Assembly (NCBI GenBank): GCA_001179505.1
Contig: CDMY01000113.1
Location: 1 to 64,000, forward strand
Direction of reading: 5' to 3'
Length of the DNA stretch: 64,000 nt
Source: Vitrella brassicaformis CCMP3155
Taxonomy: Eukaryota; Protista; Chromerida
Below the pieces are notes generated by a model, which worked only from the letters and a program-made list of their open reading frames with translations, was not told the DNA's origin and ran no database searches. The translations under genes and the position numbers were made by a program. Numbering within the stretch: the first letter of the stretch is position 1; each line of letters begins with the position of its first letter. Positions 49,320 to 61,183 of the stretch are shown in pieces.

Positions 49320-49960
49320 CGCCCACACTCTCCGCCTACTCGACGGCTTTCAGATAGCCCTCGGCCGCCGTCTCAACGGCAACGCCACGGCCATCGGCCG
49401 CGTCTATGAGACCGAGCTGCCTCACACCGGCGGCGCCAGATCGTCAGCGCTGAAGCTGTTTGTCCTGCCCAGCAACCACGCGGACAAGAGGGAGCGGCTG
49501 ATCAAGGAGGCCGAGATCGAGAGGGGTGCTGGGCAAGTGCGGCGAGGACTCGCTCCTCGTCGGGATATACGAGCCCCACTGCCACACCGACCCCAGCATC
49601 CCCGACACGCTCGTCATCGAGCATCAGGACGGCCACGTGAGTGAGGAGGAGTGTCTGCTCATTGCTCTACAGCTGTTGGCAGGTGAGGGGGCGATGCATG
49701 CAGACCAATACACGATTCATGCACACATGGACCTCTCTGTGTCTCTCTTTTCTGTGTTAGGCAAGGAGTGGCAGCCGGTCGACGACCTCCTGAAGGAGCA
49801 CAGCTTCAGCAAGCTGGCTCAGCTGAAGGAGAACGAGGCCGTGAAGGACCCCAAGGACATCGGCAAGAAGCTGCAGAGCCTTCTCGGGCTGCGGCTGTAC
49901 GTGAGGTGCCATCGCGCGGTGGTGCAGTTTGGCGTGCTGGCCCTGGACAATCTCTCCAAG
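49320..49960 (+). pseudogene. Protein-kinase-like N-lobe relic, frameshifted
   Basis: IALGRRLNGNATAIGRVYETELPHTGGARSSALKLFVLP...LIKEAEIE resembles the G-loop region, VAIK and alphaC; no HxD/DFG follows. Confidence 0.4.
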
Positions 49961-51098
49961 GCTGTCCTCTTAAGAAGTGCTTCCTGGAGAGGCTCGAGGT
50001 GCCCGGCAGCTGCCGTGAGTGTGGCCAAACTGGACACCATTTTGCCCACACATGAAAGAGGTCAGCCATCCAGCCACAATTGCTTGAACCAGAAAGGACT
50101 GTTCGTGTCTGTATTGTTTGGTTCAGGTTAAGCTTGCCTCAGTGGCGGGTATTCGGGGCCCCCCAAGTCGCGAGGGTGCAAGCAAGCAGGTAACACACAC
50201 AGATGAAGCGGGCGGGTGCACGAGCCACTTGGATGTCTGTTGCAGGCCGATCAGTGCATCACGTCACCTGTTCGCGCGGCACTGCCCATTCCCACCACGG
50301 CAGAAGCACGCGAAGAGGAAAGACGTCAGCCCACACCACACTGAGCGCCGCACGCGTGTCCGCCGAGGCGCTTTCTGGTGAGGTGTGGGTCACTCCATCT
50401 CCTCGGCCGCAAACACACGACACGCACACACAAGGTGAGCCGGCCAGCCAGTCGGTCATTGACACACAGAGACAGTCAGGCGAATGCGATGTACACAGAC
50501 AGCCAGATGAACTCACATGCCTCTGTCTGTCTGTCTGCCTGTCTGCCTGTCTGTCTGTCTGTCTGTCTGTGTCTGTGTGTGCTTGCAGGTGCTGCACGCT
50601 GCGTCGGCCGAGGCCCTTGTGTGTGTGTGTCATCTCATTCTGGCGTCACCGAGAGGGGCGGCTCGAGGACATGCTATGCGACATGGACAAGGACGGCTGT
50701 GACACCGTCGGCGACCCCCTCACCGACGTCGGCACTGACGACGAGCCCATTCGCCTGTCGTCCATCGAGATCGATAACAATGAGGCCGCCTGGGAGGCCG
50801 GCGCTAAGTGCATGGCCGACCACCAGCCCCAGCAGCAGCAGCGGCACAGCAGCAGCAGTATCATGACGATGAGGGCGATAGGGACGTCAGCACTACGGCG
50901 ACAGCGGGGTGCCTGTCAATGCGCCCTCCCTCCCTCCCTCCCTCCCTCCCTCCCACGACGACCCCATCGAGAGACGGTCCTTCCTGGCAGACGGGACGGC
51001 GATTTAATGTTTCTCCGAATCGGTGACCCCAGCCCAACACATCACCTGTCGCGGCCCCCACCACACTGCCCCTGGTCTACAAGTCGGATGGCTTCGAC

Positions 51099-52252
51099 AT
51101 GCAGGAGCTGATCGTGGATTGGTCCGACCGCCGCCCCGAGGTCTGGATGCTCTACTACCTCGGCCTCCCTCTCCGAGCCCAACAAGCAACAAAAGGGTGG
51201 GGACTTTTTGCAAGAAGCAGCCAGGCGAACCAACGCATGGACAGATATTATGTTCTGTGTATCAGGTCTTGCGTTGGGGCAATCGTTGCCTACATTTTAT
51301 ATTTGTTTGGTTTCGATGACGGTTGCCGCCATTATCTTTGTTCCTGGCAATGGTCAGGGCGTCCTGACGGTGCGAAAGCCTGCAGCTGCCCTTCAGTGAG
51401 CCACCACCATGCTGATAAACCTCGCCAACTCGGCCGCCCTCTCCCATCACCCCACCCACCCCCTCCCAAGCGCCTTTGTCCTCTTCTCTACGGCCGCACG
51501 AAGGGCAAAGAAGAAGCTCATCGCCAGCAGCATCTGCCACTCGTCGCCCGAGCTGCAGCTCGCCTTCTTTCACTCCCTCGAGAAGGACCACAGGGCCTTG
51601 CCTCAACGACGCCCAAGACGAGACGGAGCTTCGGGTGGCGCAGGACCACGGCAGAGAGCCAGAAGAGGACGAGCCTACCAACATATACGACGACGAGTGC
51701 CCGGAGGAGATGCAGCTGCTCGACATCGACGACCAATGGCGGCGGCGGAAGTATGTCAACATCCGCAACGCCGCCAGCAGCGTGGAGGAGGCCCTGCGTG
51801 GGGAGGGTATCGTGTCGGGGGGCGAGAGGGCTGCTGACAGCAGCGAGACAGGGAGGGGCGTCTGGCTGGAGGAGACTAGCACCCTCTATGGCATGGGCCA
51901 GGCCATGGCCAACGTCATGCGGGGCGAGAAGCTCGTCGATGTCCTCATGGAGGAGGAGAGCATGCTGTGGATCATCGACCAGTGGAGATATCCGAGGCCC
52001 CTCCTGACGCCTGCCGACCACCAGGAGGCCAAGGACGAGTTCTTGGGGTCCCGGGTGTCCGCCGACCTGCACCGCAGCCTCAAGTGGGGGACATACCACG
52101 GCCAGTATTTCACCGAGAAGGGCCCCCAGCTGCGGGAGATGACGGTGAACGAGGGAGAGGGTAGGGATGCTGCTGCAGGACCTGCAAGACCAGCCCAGCT
52201 TCGCCCCATGGTTGCCCAGGTTCATAGAAGGGCACCGCAGCGAAAGGAGTGA
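51099..52252 (+). CDS. Uncharacterised ORF cluster (probably frameshifted)
   Basis: GC3-rich frames ...DWSDRRPEVWMLYYLGLP, LINLANSAAL...LQLAFFHSLEKD and EEMQLLDIDDQWRRRKYVNIRN...LKWGTYHGQYFTEKGPQLREM; a paralogous snippet lies at ~53840-53900. Confidence 0.4.
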
Positions 52253-55200
52253 GACACACGAAACAACCCATAAGAATAGCTCATCAGTCTGTGTGTGTGG
52301 GCAGATTGTTTGATTATCGCCGCCTACATTTAATATTTCGACATCTCGTACATCGACCCTCTGCGCCCTGCCTTCGTGGACGACAATGCGGTACGTGGAA
52401 GCTGTACACACGAAGGTGTGAGGCCCTGGATGCCCCAAAGACGGATAGAGGCGGAGATAGAGGGCTACGTGATCATATCGCAATATATAGGTATGCATTG
52501 CATTGCATATGACGGGGAAGGAGGAAAGGCATCAAGGAAGGGACGCAACGCACACGTGTCTGTGTGTATCTGTCTGCCTTGGTTGTGCCCCCACCCCACC
52601 TGTTCAGCTTTTCTGAGTGAGGCCGATCGCGTGGCCTTGGAGGAGCAGCAGCCACCACCCCTACCGCCGTCGCCGCCACCCGAGGGCCCATCGGCTTTGC
52701 CAGCGGCTCTCGAGGCGCCTGCCTCTGCACCAGCGGCCGACGATGGCGAGGTCGATGAGTGGTGCAAGCGGCACCAGCAGGAGGCCGAGGAGTACGAGAG
52801 GGTCATGCAGGAGGTAATGGCCGAGTACGCCGACTTCCTGGGCCCTGACTTGCTGGAAGAGGAGCCGGTGGACCCCGAGAGCGGCGACGAGGGGCAGGAG
52901 AGGCAGGAGATAGAGAGGAAGCCAACGCGGGCGAGGTGTGGGACGGGGCCGTCACCCTCCAAGACCTGTTCCACATCCGGGCCGGCATGCAGCGCGCCGT
53001 GCTCCCTATGTATGGCGGACGCCAGCCGCCCACACCAGGCGCGCCTTCCACTCTGCCTCAGCTGCGGCCAGCAGCTGGCGACCACGTGCCCGACCCGGCC
53101 ACCGAGGAGGACGAGAGAGAGGAGGGAGAGGAGGCCGATGACGAGGAGGAGCGTGGTGGCGAGGCGGGTGAGGGTCAGGAGGGAAGACTCGTCGACGGGC
53201 AGGACGGCATAGTGCATGAGGGTGTGCGTGAGGTGGAGTGCGTAGGACCTGTTGAAGAAGGTGAGTGGGTGACGTGGCACACACAAAGGACACGGCAGAC
53301 AGAGGGACGTGTGGGTGATGTCTGACCTGACCGATCATTGCCCTGTTTGCTGTGTGTGGTGGTTTCGATCGTCAGGTCGGTTGTTTGAGTTTGAGCGATG
53401 CCAAGGGGTGCGTCAGGAGGAGCCAGGCAGCCCCTCGTTATCATCAACGGCTGCCGGTCAAGGTGAGGCGTCGGACGTCGGCTCGTCCCCGCTGATGCCC
53501 CTGGCTGCCCCGTCTGCCGCCAGCTCGCCGCAGATGCCCCTGGCGCTCCTCCCCTCACAGGCAGTAGCAGCAGACTTCAAGTGGTGTCCATCTTCCAAGG
53601 GCACCGGAGCGAAAGGAGTGAGACACACGAAACAACCCATAAGAATAGCTCATCAGTCTGTGTGGGGGCAGATTGTTTGATTAACGCCGCCTACATTTTA
53701 TATTTCGACATCTCGTACATCGACCCTCTGCGCCCTGCCTCCATGGACGACAACGCGGTACGTGGAAGCTGTACACAAAACAGAGAGACAACCGACACGG
53801 AATCAGCCCCTCTCTCTGCGGTCTGTGTTTTGTGCGACGTACTTTGGGCAGTACTTCACCGAGTAGGGCCCCCAGCTGCGGCAGGTGATCGACGGTGTGA
53901 GGGAGGGGGAGGGTGGGATACTGCTGCAGGACCGTCAAGACGAGCCCGGCCGCGCCCTATGGTTCCCAGCTTCATAGAAGACTTGGAGAGGGGCACGCTA
54001 GAGGCCTTGGAGCAGCAGCTCGAGAGCCTCTGGAAGTCCATCATGCCGCCACAGCCCAGCCCCGCAACAGCAGCCACAGCATGAGAGGGAGGAGGAAAGT
54101 GAGAGAGGCGGCCCAACCCCCACCCGTCGCCTTCCCCACCGCCCCGCAGCCCCACCAGCCCCCACCCCCATCGCCCATCGTCGCCGAGGACAAAGGCCGA
54201 CCAAGAGACACACAGACGAACACACGAGACGACACCGAGGCCGCACGCCACACGCCCACCACACAGATGCCGCCCATCAGACGACCAGCAGCAGAGCTGA
54301 TTGAGAGGGCAATGAGTCCGGATGAGGGGGAGAGGGCATCGCTGGGGGACATCATCGCATCCGTGTAGACATCCTGCAGTGAGAGACAGGTATATGGTAT
54401 AAATCACAGGGAGGAACGCAGAAAGACACACATGACACACGGGCAAACGAATCATGTGTGTCGGTGTCAGGTTTCAGGATCGTTGCCTACATTTTATATC
54501 TGTCGGCATATTTCCCTCGTGTCTCCGCACACACCATCGAAGACCGCCAAAACATGGTACAGTACGCCCTGCCTGTCCGAGGGGCTGAGTGAGCAACCAA
54601 CCACATCACCTCCATGTCAATCTCTCTGTGTGGGGGTGTGCATGTGTGCAGGGCGTCGTGACCATCGCCATCAGGTACCTGCAGGAGGCGACGAGGGCGG
54701 AGCTCAGCGGGCGACTGAGGGCGGAGGCGGAGGCCAACGAGGCCATCAAGGGAGTGACGGGAGAGGGCGGCCCCAGTCACCCCTGAACTGGTTGCCCATG
54801 GCCTCGTCCATGGGGATGCGCGGCGGTCAGTCACCATCATGGACGGGGCCTGGCAGGCCTACCGCGACAGCGGGTACGACAGTGTGAGAGGGCCCTGGAC
54901 GCGCAACCGACGGATACAGGCGGAGATCGAGGGCTACGTGATCATTTCGCAATATATAGGTATGCATTGCATTGCATATGACGGAGAAAGAGGGAAGGCA
55001 TCAAGGAAGGGACGCAACGCACACGTGTCTGTGTATCTGTCCGCCTTGGTTGTGCCTCCACCCCACCTGTTCAGCTTTCTGAGTGAGGCCGATTGCGTGG
55101 CCTTGGAGCAGCAGCAGCCACCACCCCTACCGCCGTCGCCGCCACCCGAGGGCCCATCGGCTTTGCCAGCGGCTCACGAGGCGCCTGCCTCTGCACCAGC

Positions 55201-55400
55201 GGCCGACGATGGCGAGGTCGATGAGTGGTGCAAGCGGCACCAGCAGGAGGCCGAGGAGTACGAGAGGAACATGGCCAAGTACGCCGACGTCCTCCCCGAC
55301 TGGACCAAGTCCCGGCCTTTCCTGCGCGAAGAGGAGCCGGTGGAGCCCGAGAGCGGCGACAAGGGGCAGGAGAGGCAGGAGATAGAGAGGCAGCCAACGT
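52225..55400 (+). repeat. Duplicated modules: 52225-52410 ~ 53600-53780 (contains motif) and 52415-52930 ~ 54885-55400 (acidic/Pro-rich exon)
   Basis: Direct sequence identity, e.g. GCGAAAGGAGTGAGACACACGAAACAACCCATAAGAATAGC and GGCGGAGATMGAGGGCTACGTGATCATWTCGCAATATATAGGTATGC. Confidence 0.85.
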
Positions 55401-56459
55401 CGGCGGAGGTGTGGGACGGTGGCGGATGTGTTCCGTATCCGAGCCGGCATGCTGCACGACCTGTCCCTACCGCCACCAGACGTCGGCTGCAGCGGATCAG
55501 CCAGACCCTACCGACACCGGGCGAGTAGCGAAGCGATGGAAGGTACGCAAGCACGGCCACTGATAGAGCAGGGGTCAGTCAGAGAGCCGGGCGTGGCTTG
55601 CAGGGCAGGTGATCACAATGGCGTTTCCTCATCCGCGATGAGCGGCAACAGGGCGGATCAGATTCAGCCGGTGTGTCAGCCACCGAAGAGCAGCACAGAC
55701 TGTCAAGTGTCAAGGCATGCACTGCCTTCCATGTGTGTGCGTGTTGTTTGATGCAGACGTCGCACGGTGGTGGTGGTGAGCTCTCATGGGACTCTGAGGA
55801 GGTGCAAGAGTGCGTTAAGCACCTCTCGTTGGTGGAATTGTCACAGGTAGGTGCACCGCACCCATCGTACACACGGCTGGCACCGAAGACACCCATCCAT
55901 GTGTGCGTGCAGGAGGTGCCTGCACCGGCCCTTTCCACCCTATCCCATCGCCCCGACGAGCCCATGACGTCAGGCGAACCATCGACATGGGAGCGTAGAG
56001 GCCATGGCCTGCTGCACGCACCAGCGACATCACCCCGCAGTGAGACACAGGTACCTGCAACGCATACGAAATACAGACGAATTGGACACACAAGTGCCGT
56101 GTGTCGTTGTCGGTCTCAAGGATCGTTGCCTACATTTTATATTTGTCGGCCTATTTTCCTCGTGACTCCGCATCCACCACCGAGAAGGTAGGACTACACG
56201 TCGAGTGGGTTTCGAGAGGGCATCTTTGACTGCAGGCTCGGCATGATGGCGATGCTCTGCTCCGCACATCAGCCAGGTACACTCGCTGCATGGATCCATT
56301 CACGTATTCCTATGTGTTTATGTATGTGTTCTGTCCAACAGGCGTCTCACTCATGTCGTTCTGCAAGCGACATGAAGCCCGTTCGGCCCCTCGTCAAGCT
56401 CGTGATGGCCGTCGACGGCTGGTACGGCACGAGGCCGTGCTTTGTTGCGATGCCGTGTC

Positions 56460-57723
56460 GTCGTTCAAGTGTCTGAGGCAGCTCACAGGGGGCAGGGGGG
56501 AGTTTTCTGTCGTTGACGGGGTTTTGACGAGGGGCGACACGAGACTGTCCGCGGTGGCCAAGTACCTGAGTCGCGACCAGCGGCAAGAGGGCAGCGAGAG
56601 GGCAGCACATCTGCGTGAGCGTCTGGAGGAGGAGGCCGCGAGAATGAGGGACGTGGTCCGTGCCGCCAAGCCCGTGCCACAGTACAAGATCGACCACCTC
56701 TTCGACGGCCATGTGGAGCCGACGGGCAGTGCCGTCCTCGCGCCTGAGGTGCTGGTGTTTGCCGACGACCTCGAGAGGCTCCGGCCGGTGGTGACGGCGG
56801 ATGGGCAGACACTCCGTGGGGCTGGTGCGTGCTTAGTGATGACCAAACTCGGCGAGGGTGAGTCCGTCCGCCCGAGACACCGGCACCAATCACACTCACT
56901 GCATGAATGCGTCCATTATCCCTCTGTGTTTGTGAATGTATTCTGTCCGACAGGCGTGTCACTCATGTCGTTGTGCAAGCGCCTGAAGCCCGTCCGGCCC
57001 CTCATCAAGCCCGTGATGGCCGTCAACATGATCCTCCTCCTCGAGGCCCTCCACAAGCAGACGAACATCACCCACGGGGACATGCACGGCGCCAATATGG
57101 TGGTGCTGGATGAGAGGACGGGCGAGCTGGGGCTGATCGACTTCGAGACGGCCCGAAACATGGCCCACAGTCAGCACACCAAGCTGGCCAGCCGCCCTCG
57201 TGCCCCCTGCACGACCATCGACAACCTCAAGGCCATCATGGAGGGTCGAAGCATGGTGGACGAGACCGTGTCCTTCAACTCCGACGTCGTGTCCGTGGCG
57301 TGCATGTTGGTGAACCTGGCGTTTGACGGCTGCATATCGGCGCTGTTCACCTACGACATGGCCCGCAACACGATCCAGGAGGTCGTCGACGCATGCGAGA
57401 GCTGCAAGATCATCAACATCGAGGAGGCCAAGGACGCCTATATCGCCGCCGTCAACACAGTACACACCAAGGCCACCGAGAAGCTGGTCCACGACACCTA
57501 CATGACCCCCTCCACCGCCCCGCTCTGCCAGAAGGCCCTCGACACCTACAGGGACGTCTGCAGCGGCCATGCCAACGGGCTGGGCGCAGAGCAGCTGCGG
57601 GACATGCTGCGGACATGCTGCTGCGGCAAAAAAATGCTGTGTATCTCCGATCGCTGCCTGCATTTTATATTTGTCGGCCTGTTGCCCTCGTGTCTCCGTA
57701 TCCATCATCGAGGACTGGCATGA
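56460..57723 (+). CDS. Atypical protein kinase (PKL fold), apparently complete catalytic domain with one in-frame intron (~56855-56953)
   Basis: G-loop LTGGRGEFSVV, AVAKYL, alphaC RLEEEA, hinge CLVMTKLGEG|VSL, catalytic loop ITHGDMHGAN, LIDFETA and subdomain IX NSDVVSVACML. Confidence 0.85.
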
Positions 57724-58645
57724 AGCGGCCAAGGAGCAATGAGTCAAGAGGCTCTACAAGCGTTGTGGAGGTGATGGAGAAGACGCTCGACGCGCTTGAT
57801 GAGGCAGAGCGCGACATCGAGGCCACGCTGGAGCAACTGCATGACAGGCCGTAAGCGACCCAGTCAGTAATATCCTTCCTCCACGTGACACGAGCAAGGT
57901 AGGACGTGCATGTTGAATGAAACTCGAGAAGACTCTGTGTCGTGCGTGCTGCAGGCGCAAGAGATACGTCAGCTAGGAAGGGACCGACGATTGAAGCCTG
58001 CTGTGTGGCGTGGTGGTCATGCCCTCCTGCTTTGCCGTCTGAAGCAGACATGTCGGACCGACATGAATATCCGCACATCAACCCGGTGAGGGAGCTGCAC
58101 TTCATCTCTACGTCAATCTGCATCTGTGTTTGTCCAGATGTTTGAGGACATCGAGAGTCGAACAAAGTGCTCTTCGAGCCACATTCACGAGCCTGAGAGG
58201 GCCGCACATGCGAGAACATCCCTCGCACGAGAACGGAGCTGTACCCGTATGTTGGGGTGAAGGAGGGATGGTGCGTGGGCAAAATGCATGCGTCCAGATG
58301 GTTTGTGTTTGCAGCGAGGAAGATGATGAGTACGCCTCCCTCAAAAAGGCCAAGGGCAAGAAGGGCAGCCCAAGAAGCCCATCAACCGGCAGCAGCAGGA
58401 GCGGGCCAACACGACCCAGCAGCAGCAGGGCGGCACCACGGGCGGGGTGAGTGAGGACAGGAAGACACAGTGGGTGTGGTGTGGTGTGGTGTGGTGTGGC
58501 GACGCTGACCATCTGTCTGTCTGTTTGTATTGATTGTACCCTCTGTGTTTTGGTAGGTGGTGCAGACCATCAAGGAGCGCCTGGGCACCACCCCGTTCAA
58601 GCCGAGGACCAGCCGCCCGAGTCGTTCCTACACGTAAGAACACCC

Positions 58646-58945
58646 NNNNNNNNNNNNNNNNNNNNNNNNNNNNNNNNNNNNNNNNNNNNNNNNNNNNNNN
58701 NNNNNNNNNNNNNNNNNNNNNNNNNNNNNNNNNNNNNNNNNNNNNNNNNNNNNNNNNNNNNNNNNNNNNNNNNNNNNNNNNNNNNNNNNNNNNNNNNNNN
58801 NNNNNNNNNNNNNNNNNNNNNNNNNNNNNNNNNNNNNNNNNNNNNNNNNNNNNNNNNNNNNNNNNNNNNNNNNNNNNNNNNNNNNNNNNNNNNNNNNNNN
58901 NNNNNNNNNNNNNNNNNNNNNNNNNNNNNNNNNNNNNNNNNNNNN
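58646..58945. other. Assembly gap (300 N)
   Basis: N run followed by poly-C. Confidence 1.
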
Positions 58946-59518
58946 CCCCCCCCCCCCCCCCCGCCACACCGTCAGTCAGTCCATCGTGCATCCATCGCCA
59001 TTTGACACATCTGCCTGCCGGCCTGCCGGCCTGCCTTTTGTGTGAGCAGCCCAAGTTGCCCTCGATCTGCTCCAAGAACGACAGTCCCTCGCCTGGACCC
59101 AATCTCGCCCCCGTAGGCACAGCACACATCATCCATTCCACACCACAGCTGATGTAAGTAACACACAACGAGCCTGCACACTCCCTCTCTGTCTCTCTCT
59201 GTGTGTGTGTCTCTCTCTGTGTGTGTGGGGCGTGGGGGTAGGTGGTGGATGCTTCCAGAATGACGCCGACATAATCAACATGCTAGCGGCCAGAAGCGGG
59301 CAGGGTGTGATCATGCCCCCCAGCAAGGGCAAGATCAACTCGGGCGGGGGGTTTCCAGGATTTACACCAGCCTCAATAAGACCACACCACACCACACCTA
59401 ACACCACACCACACAACAGATAGGTAGCAGCAGCAGCAGTGTTGTCCTGATGAACCACGGGCAGCAATTGATTGCATCATCCAGCGGCCTGTGTGTGTGT
59501 GCACGTGTGTGTGTGTAG

Positions 59519-59917
59519 GGTACGGAGGAGGGCGGAGCGGTCGTCCAGTTCAATGTAGAGTGCGGAGAAACGGTGGAGGGGCAGCAGGTCTTCGCGTGCG
59601 AGCCGCACGAGCTGGGCAACCTCAACGGGGGCGACGCGTTGAACCTCGCCAATGCCGTGCCGCTTAGGACATCCTCTGAGGTCTACCCCAAGTGGACATC
59701 CGAGCCAGTCGTCCTCAAGACCGTTCCCCAGACCGGCCACTTCAAGTACAAGTACTACAAATACGACCCCAACACTGAGGGGCACACCTGGGAGACCACC
59801 TATGGCGCAGTGCGCCAGCATCGCACCATGCCCGTCAAGATGGGCCATAAGACCACCCAACACGACGTATGGGAGGTCGTCCAGGCCAAGAGCACCACCT
59901 ACGATGAGCTGGTCCGA
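59519..59917 (+). CDS. Exon encoding a CBM20 (starch-binding)-like domain
   Basis: VQFNVECGETVEGQQVF...HELGNL...AVPLRTSSEVYPKWT...FKYKYYK...HTWE...HR...DVWE matches the CBM20 pattern (V.F.V...T..G..V, LG.W, YP.W, FEYKY, WE, NR, D.W). Confidence 0.8.
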
Positions 59918-60421
59918 GGTGGGTAGGTGGATTGACGAAGGGAGGGAGGGCGGGCGGGCGGATCTGTATGTGTGTGCGCACAACATAATCCTCTGTGCCT
60001 GTGTAGCTGTTCCCAAGAGGGCCATCGAGGACGACAACGAGTCAGAAGGCCCCAAGAAGGTGCGGCACCGCACCCACGACAACCAACAGCTGACGCGTCC
60101 ACTATACTCTTGTTTGTGTGTTCTGTCTGTTGCGCTGGTGGCCGGATGTGCTGTGCTGTGCTGTAGCGGGGCCGTTTCGAGGACGAGGTAGCCGTAGCTG
60201 CTGCTGCTGTGCAGACCGACACGGATCATCAGGTAAGTAAGGTTCGCATCCGTGTGTCTGTGTGTGCTCATCTTCATCTTTTGGGTACTCGATGCCATTC
60301 ACCTCATCAGGCCTCTGCACATGGAATCCAGGCTCACGAGGAGGCCGGCGTAGAGGTATGTGGGCGGGCGACCATGTGGCAGGCAGATGTGTTTTGTTCT
60401 ACTCTACACACCGTCGCCCTC

Positions 60422-60452
<31 letters not shown>

Positions 60453-60483
60453 GCCGTCAGGAGGAGGGTAATCTGGGCGAAAA

Positions 60484-60554
60484 GTTGGTTGAGGACGGGG
60501 AGTTGGTTGAGGACGTTGGTTGAGGATGGTGTTGAGGACGAATGGTTGAGGACC
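60484..60554 (+). repeat. Imperfect minisatellite, five copies of (GG)TTGAGGA
   Basis: TTGGTTGAGGACGGGGAGTTGGTTGAGGACGTTGGTTGAGGATGGTGTTGAGGACGAATGGTTGAGGACC. Confidence 0.7.
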
Positions 60555-61183
60555 AGAACACTGGTCGCTGGTGTTGGGCCCTGGCGCCGAGCTGGATGGA
60601 GAGGGAGGCGGAGACGACCAAGCCGAGGCGGAGGAGGCGTCACGAGAGGGGGGAGGGGAGGGGGAGGGAGACGAGGAGGAGCAAAACGAGATTATCGAGG
60701 GCTGGTTCAACCTGCGGGGCGAGATGCGTGAGGATGGGCTGCTGCGGGGGGAGGGCAAGGGGGAGGAGGTGCTGATCGGCGAGCCGAGTGTGTCGTACGG
60801 CCTCGGGATGATCAACTTGCCGCCATCAGAGGCCGCCCACTCATCGACACCGTCATGGAGATGGCAGGGCCAGAAGCCGACCCGGAGAGGATGGAGCTGC
60901 TCATGGGGATGGAGTGGGAGGAGGCGCGGAGCTCCTTTATGACCGACACAGGCCAACCCCTGCACCACGGGCAGCCTTCTCCGGCTGTTGAACCGTGTCC
61001 TGAGGGCCATCTCGTGCATCTGGGGCTTCTGCACCCCTCGGTCTGCGGAGGAAGTGTACCTCATAGAAAAGCTGGGCGAGGCAGTGAGTCCTTGTAATGT
61101 ACCAAGCGCCGCATACGCTTTCACAATCTTTTCTCTCTCTTGTTCTTGTTGTGTGCAGGTTGTGCATGCGGGCTGTCGTCGGT

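Noticed and set aside
54785-54860. LVAHGLVHGDARRSVTIMDG as a kinase catalytic loop
   Set aside because: It lacks the conserved Asn and any following DFG-like motif; too short to support.
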